24,000 nucleotides of DNA from Aeromonas veronii bv. veronii (GTDB lineage: Bacteria > Pseudomonadota > Gammaproteobacteria > Enterobacterales > Aeromonadaceae): contig NZ_CDDK01000025.1 in NCBI RefSeq assembly GCF_000820225.1, forward strand, positions 153,041 to 177,040, written 5' to 3'. Positions 23,616-24,000 of the stretch are shown here, piece after piece. The translations under genes and the position numbers were made by a program. Under the pieces are notes generated by a model that worked only from the letters and a program-made list of their open reading frames with translations, made no database searches and was not told the DNA's origin. Position 1 is the first letter of the stretch; each line of letters begins with the position of its first letter.

Positions 23616-24000
23616 ATGGCAGCAAAAATCCAACTCAATCACATCGCAGCGGTGCTGGCTCTGCTGGCCAGCGGCAGCGCCCTGGCTCATGGCTACATCA
23701 GCCAGCCAGAGAGTCGCAACTATCTGTGCAAAACCGGCGGCAACAGCCAGTGTGGCGGCGTGCAGTGGGAACCCCAGAGCGTGGAGGGCCCTTCCGGCTT
23801 CCCGCAGAGTGGCCCGCAGGATGGTCAAATCGCCTCGGCGGGCAGCCCGCGCTGGAGCGAGCTGAACATCCAGACCAGCGACCGCTGGACCAAGCGTGAA
23901 GTACAGCCCGGCCCCTTCGCCATCAGCTGGACCTTCACCGCCAACCACGTCACCCGTAACTGGCGCTACTACCTCACCAAGCAGGACTGGAACCCCAACC
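23616..24000 (+). CDS. gbpA: N-acetylglucosamine-binding protein A / AA10 lytic polysaccharide monooxygenase, N-terminal 128 aa (continues beyond the right window edge)
   Basis: This ORF is missing from the track because it runs off the window. My translation from the ATG at 23616 (cagaggaatgtATG) gives MAAKIQLNHIAAVLALLASGSALA/HGYISQPESRNYLCK...CGGVQWEPQSVEGPSGFPQSGPQDGQIASAG...TSDRWTKREVQPGPFAISWTFTANHVTRNWRYYLTKQDWNPN. After signal cleavage the mature N-terminus is His1, as in LPMOs. The sequence is collinear with V. cholerae GbpA (IQYEPQSVEGPDGFP...WTFTANHVTKDWKYYITK). Confidence 0.85.
   Translation, partial: MAAKIQLNHIAAVLALLASGSALAHGYISQPESRNYLCKTGGNSQCGGVQWEPQSVEGPSGFPQSGPQDGQIASAGSPRWSELNIQTSDRWTKREVQPGPFAISWTFTANHVTRNWRYYLTKQDWNPN

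Noticed and set aside
1-24000. I scanned the whole window for mobile elements, CRISPR arrays, tRNA/rRNA genes, toxin-antitoxin pairs and recognisable phage-defence genes.
   Set aside because: I saw no spaced direct-repeat arrays, no transposase, integrase or recombinase motifs, no tRNA-like cloverleaf regions in the intergenic spaces, and no nuclease, ATPase or helicase defence-type proteins among the credible ORFs.

Overview
This is a gene-dense chromosomal segment from a high-GC gammaproteobacterium. The mix of Vibrio-like and Enterobacteria-like proteins suggests Aeromonas, but that is inference only. I support about 21 protein-coding genes; there are no rRNA or tRNA genes, CRISPR arrays, transposases or integrases. 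Left to right: the 5' end of a pullulanase lipoprotein gene (pulA, minus strand, runs off the window); a 137-aa hypothetical protein; a divergent metal module of a His-rich CDF efflux protein and RcnR sharing a palindromic operator; tyrB; a YidZ-like LysR regulator; a DUF1820 protein; the yjjI-yjjW glycyl-radical enzyme and activase pair, whose chemistry is unknown; azlCD; a small YkuD L,D-transpeptidase; a 1055-aa tricorn-like beta-propeller/PDZ/S41 protease; a bacterial NOX-type ferric-reductase/FNR flavocytochrome; a possible 77-aa zinc-ribbon ORF; a visibly lower-GC three-gene operon; an M3 metallopeptidase; an sCache-type MCP; and a c-di-GMP-I (GEMM-I) riboswitch in front of a truncated gbpA (AA10 LPMO/chitin-binding adhesin). 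The lower-GC operon at 15198-18923 (minus strand) is the best candidate for a poorly described system. It encodes a triple zinc-ribbon plus degenerate-GGDEF (RxxD retained) protein, a processive family-2 glycosyltransferase (D, DxD, TED, QRLRW motifs) and a HlyD-type periplasmic adaptor, all translationally coupled. It looks like an exopolysaccharide synthase/export module gated by a c-di-GMP receptor, and its architecture recalls Shewanella mxdABC. No porin, modifying enzyme or defined product is encoded nearby. All calls come from reading the sequence and ORF translations by eye; no database search was run.
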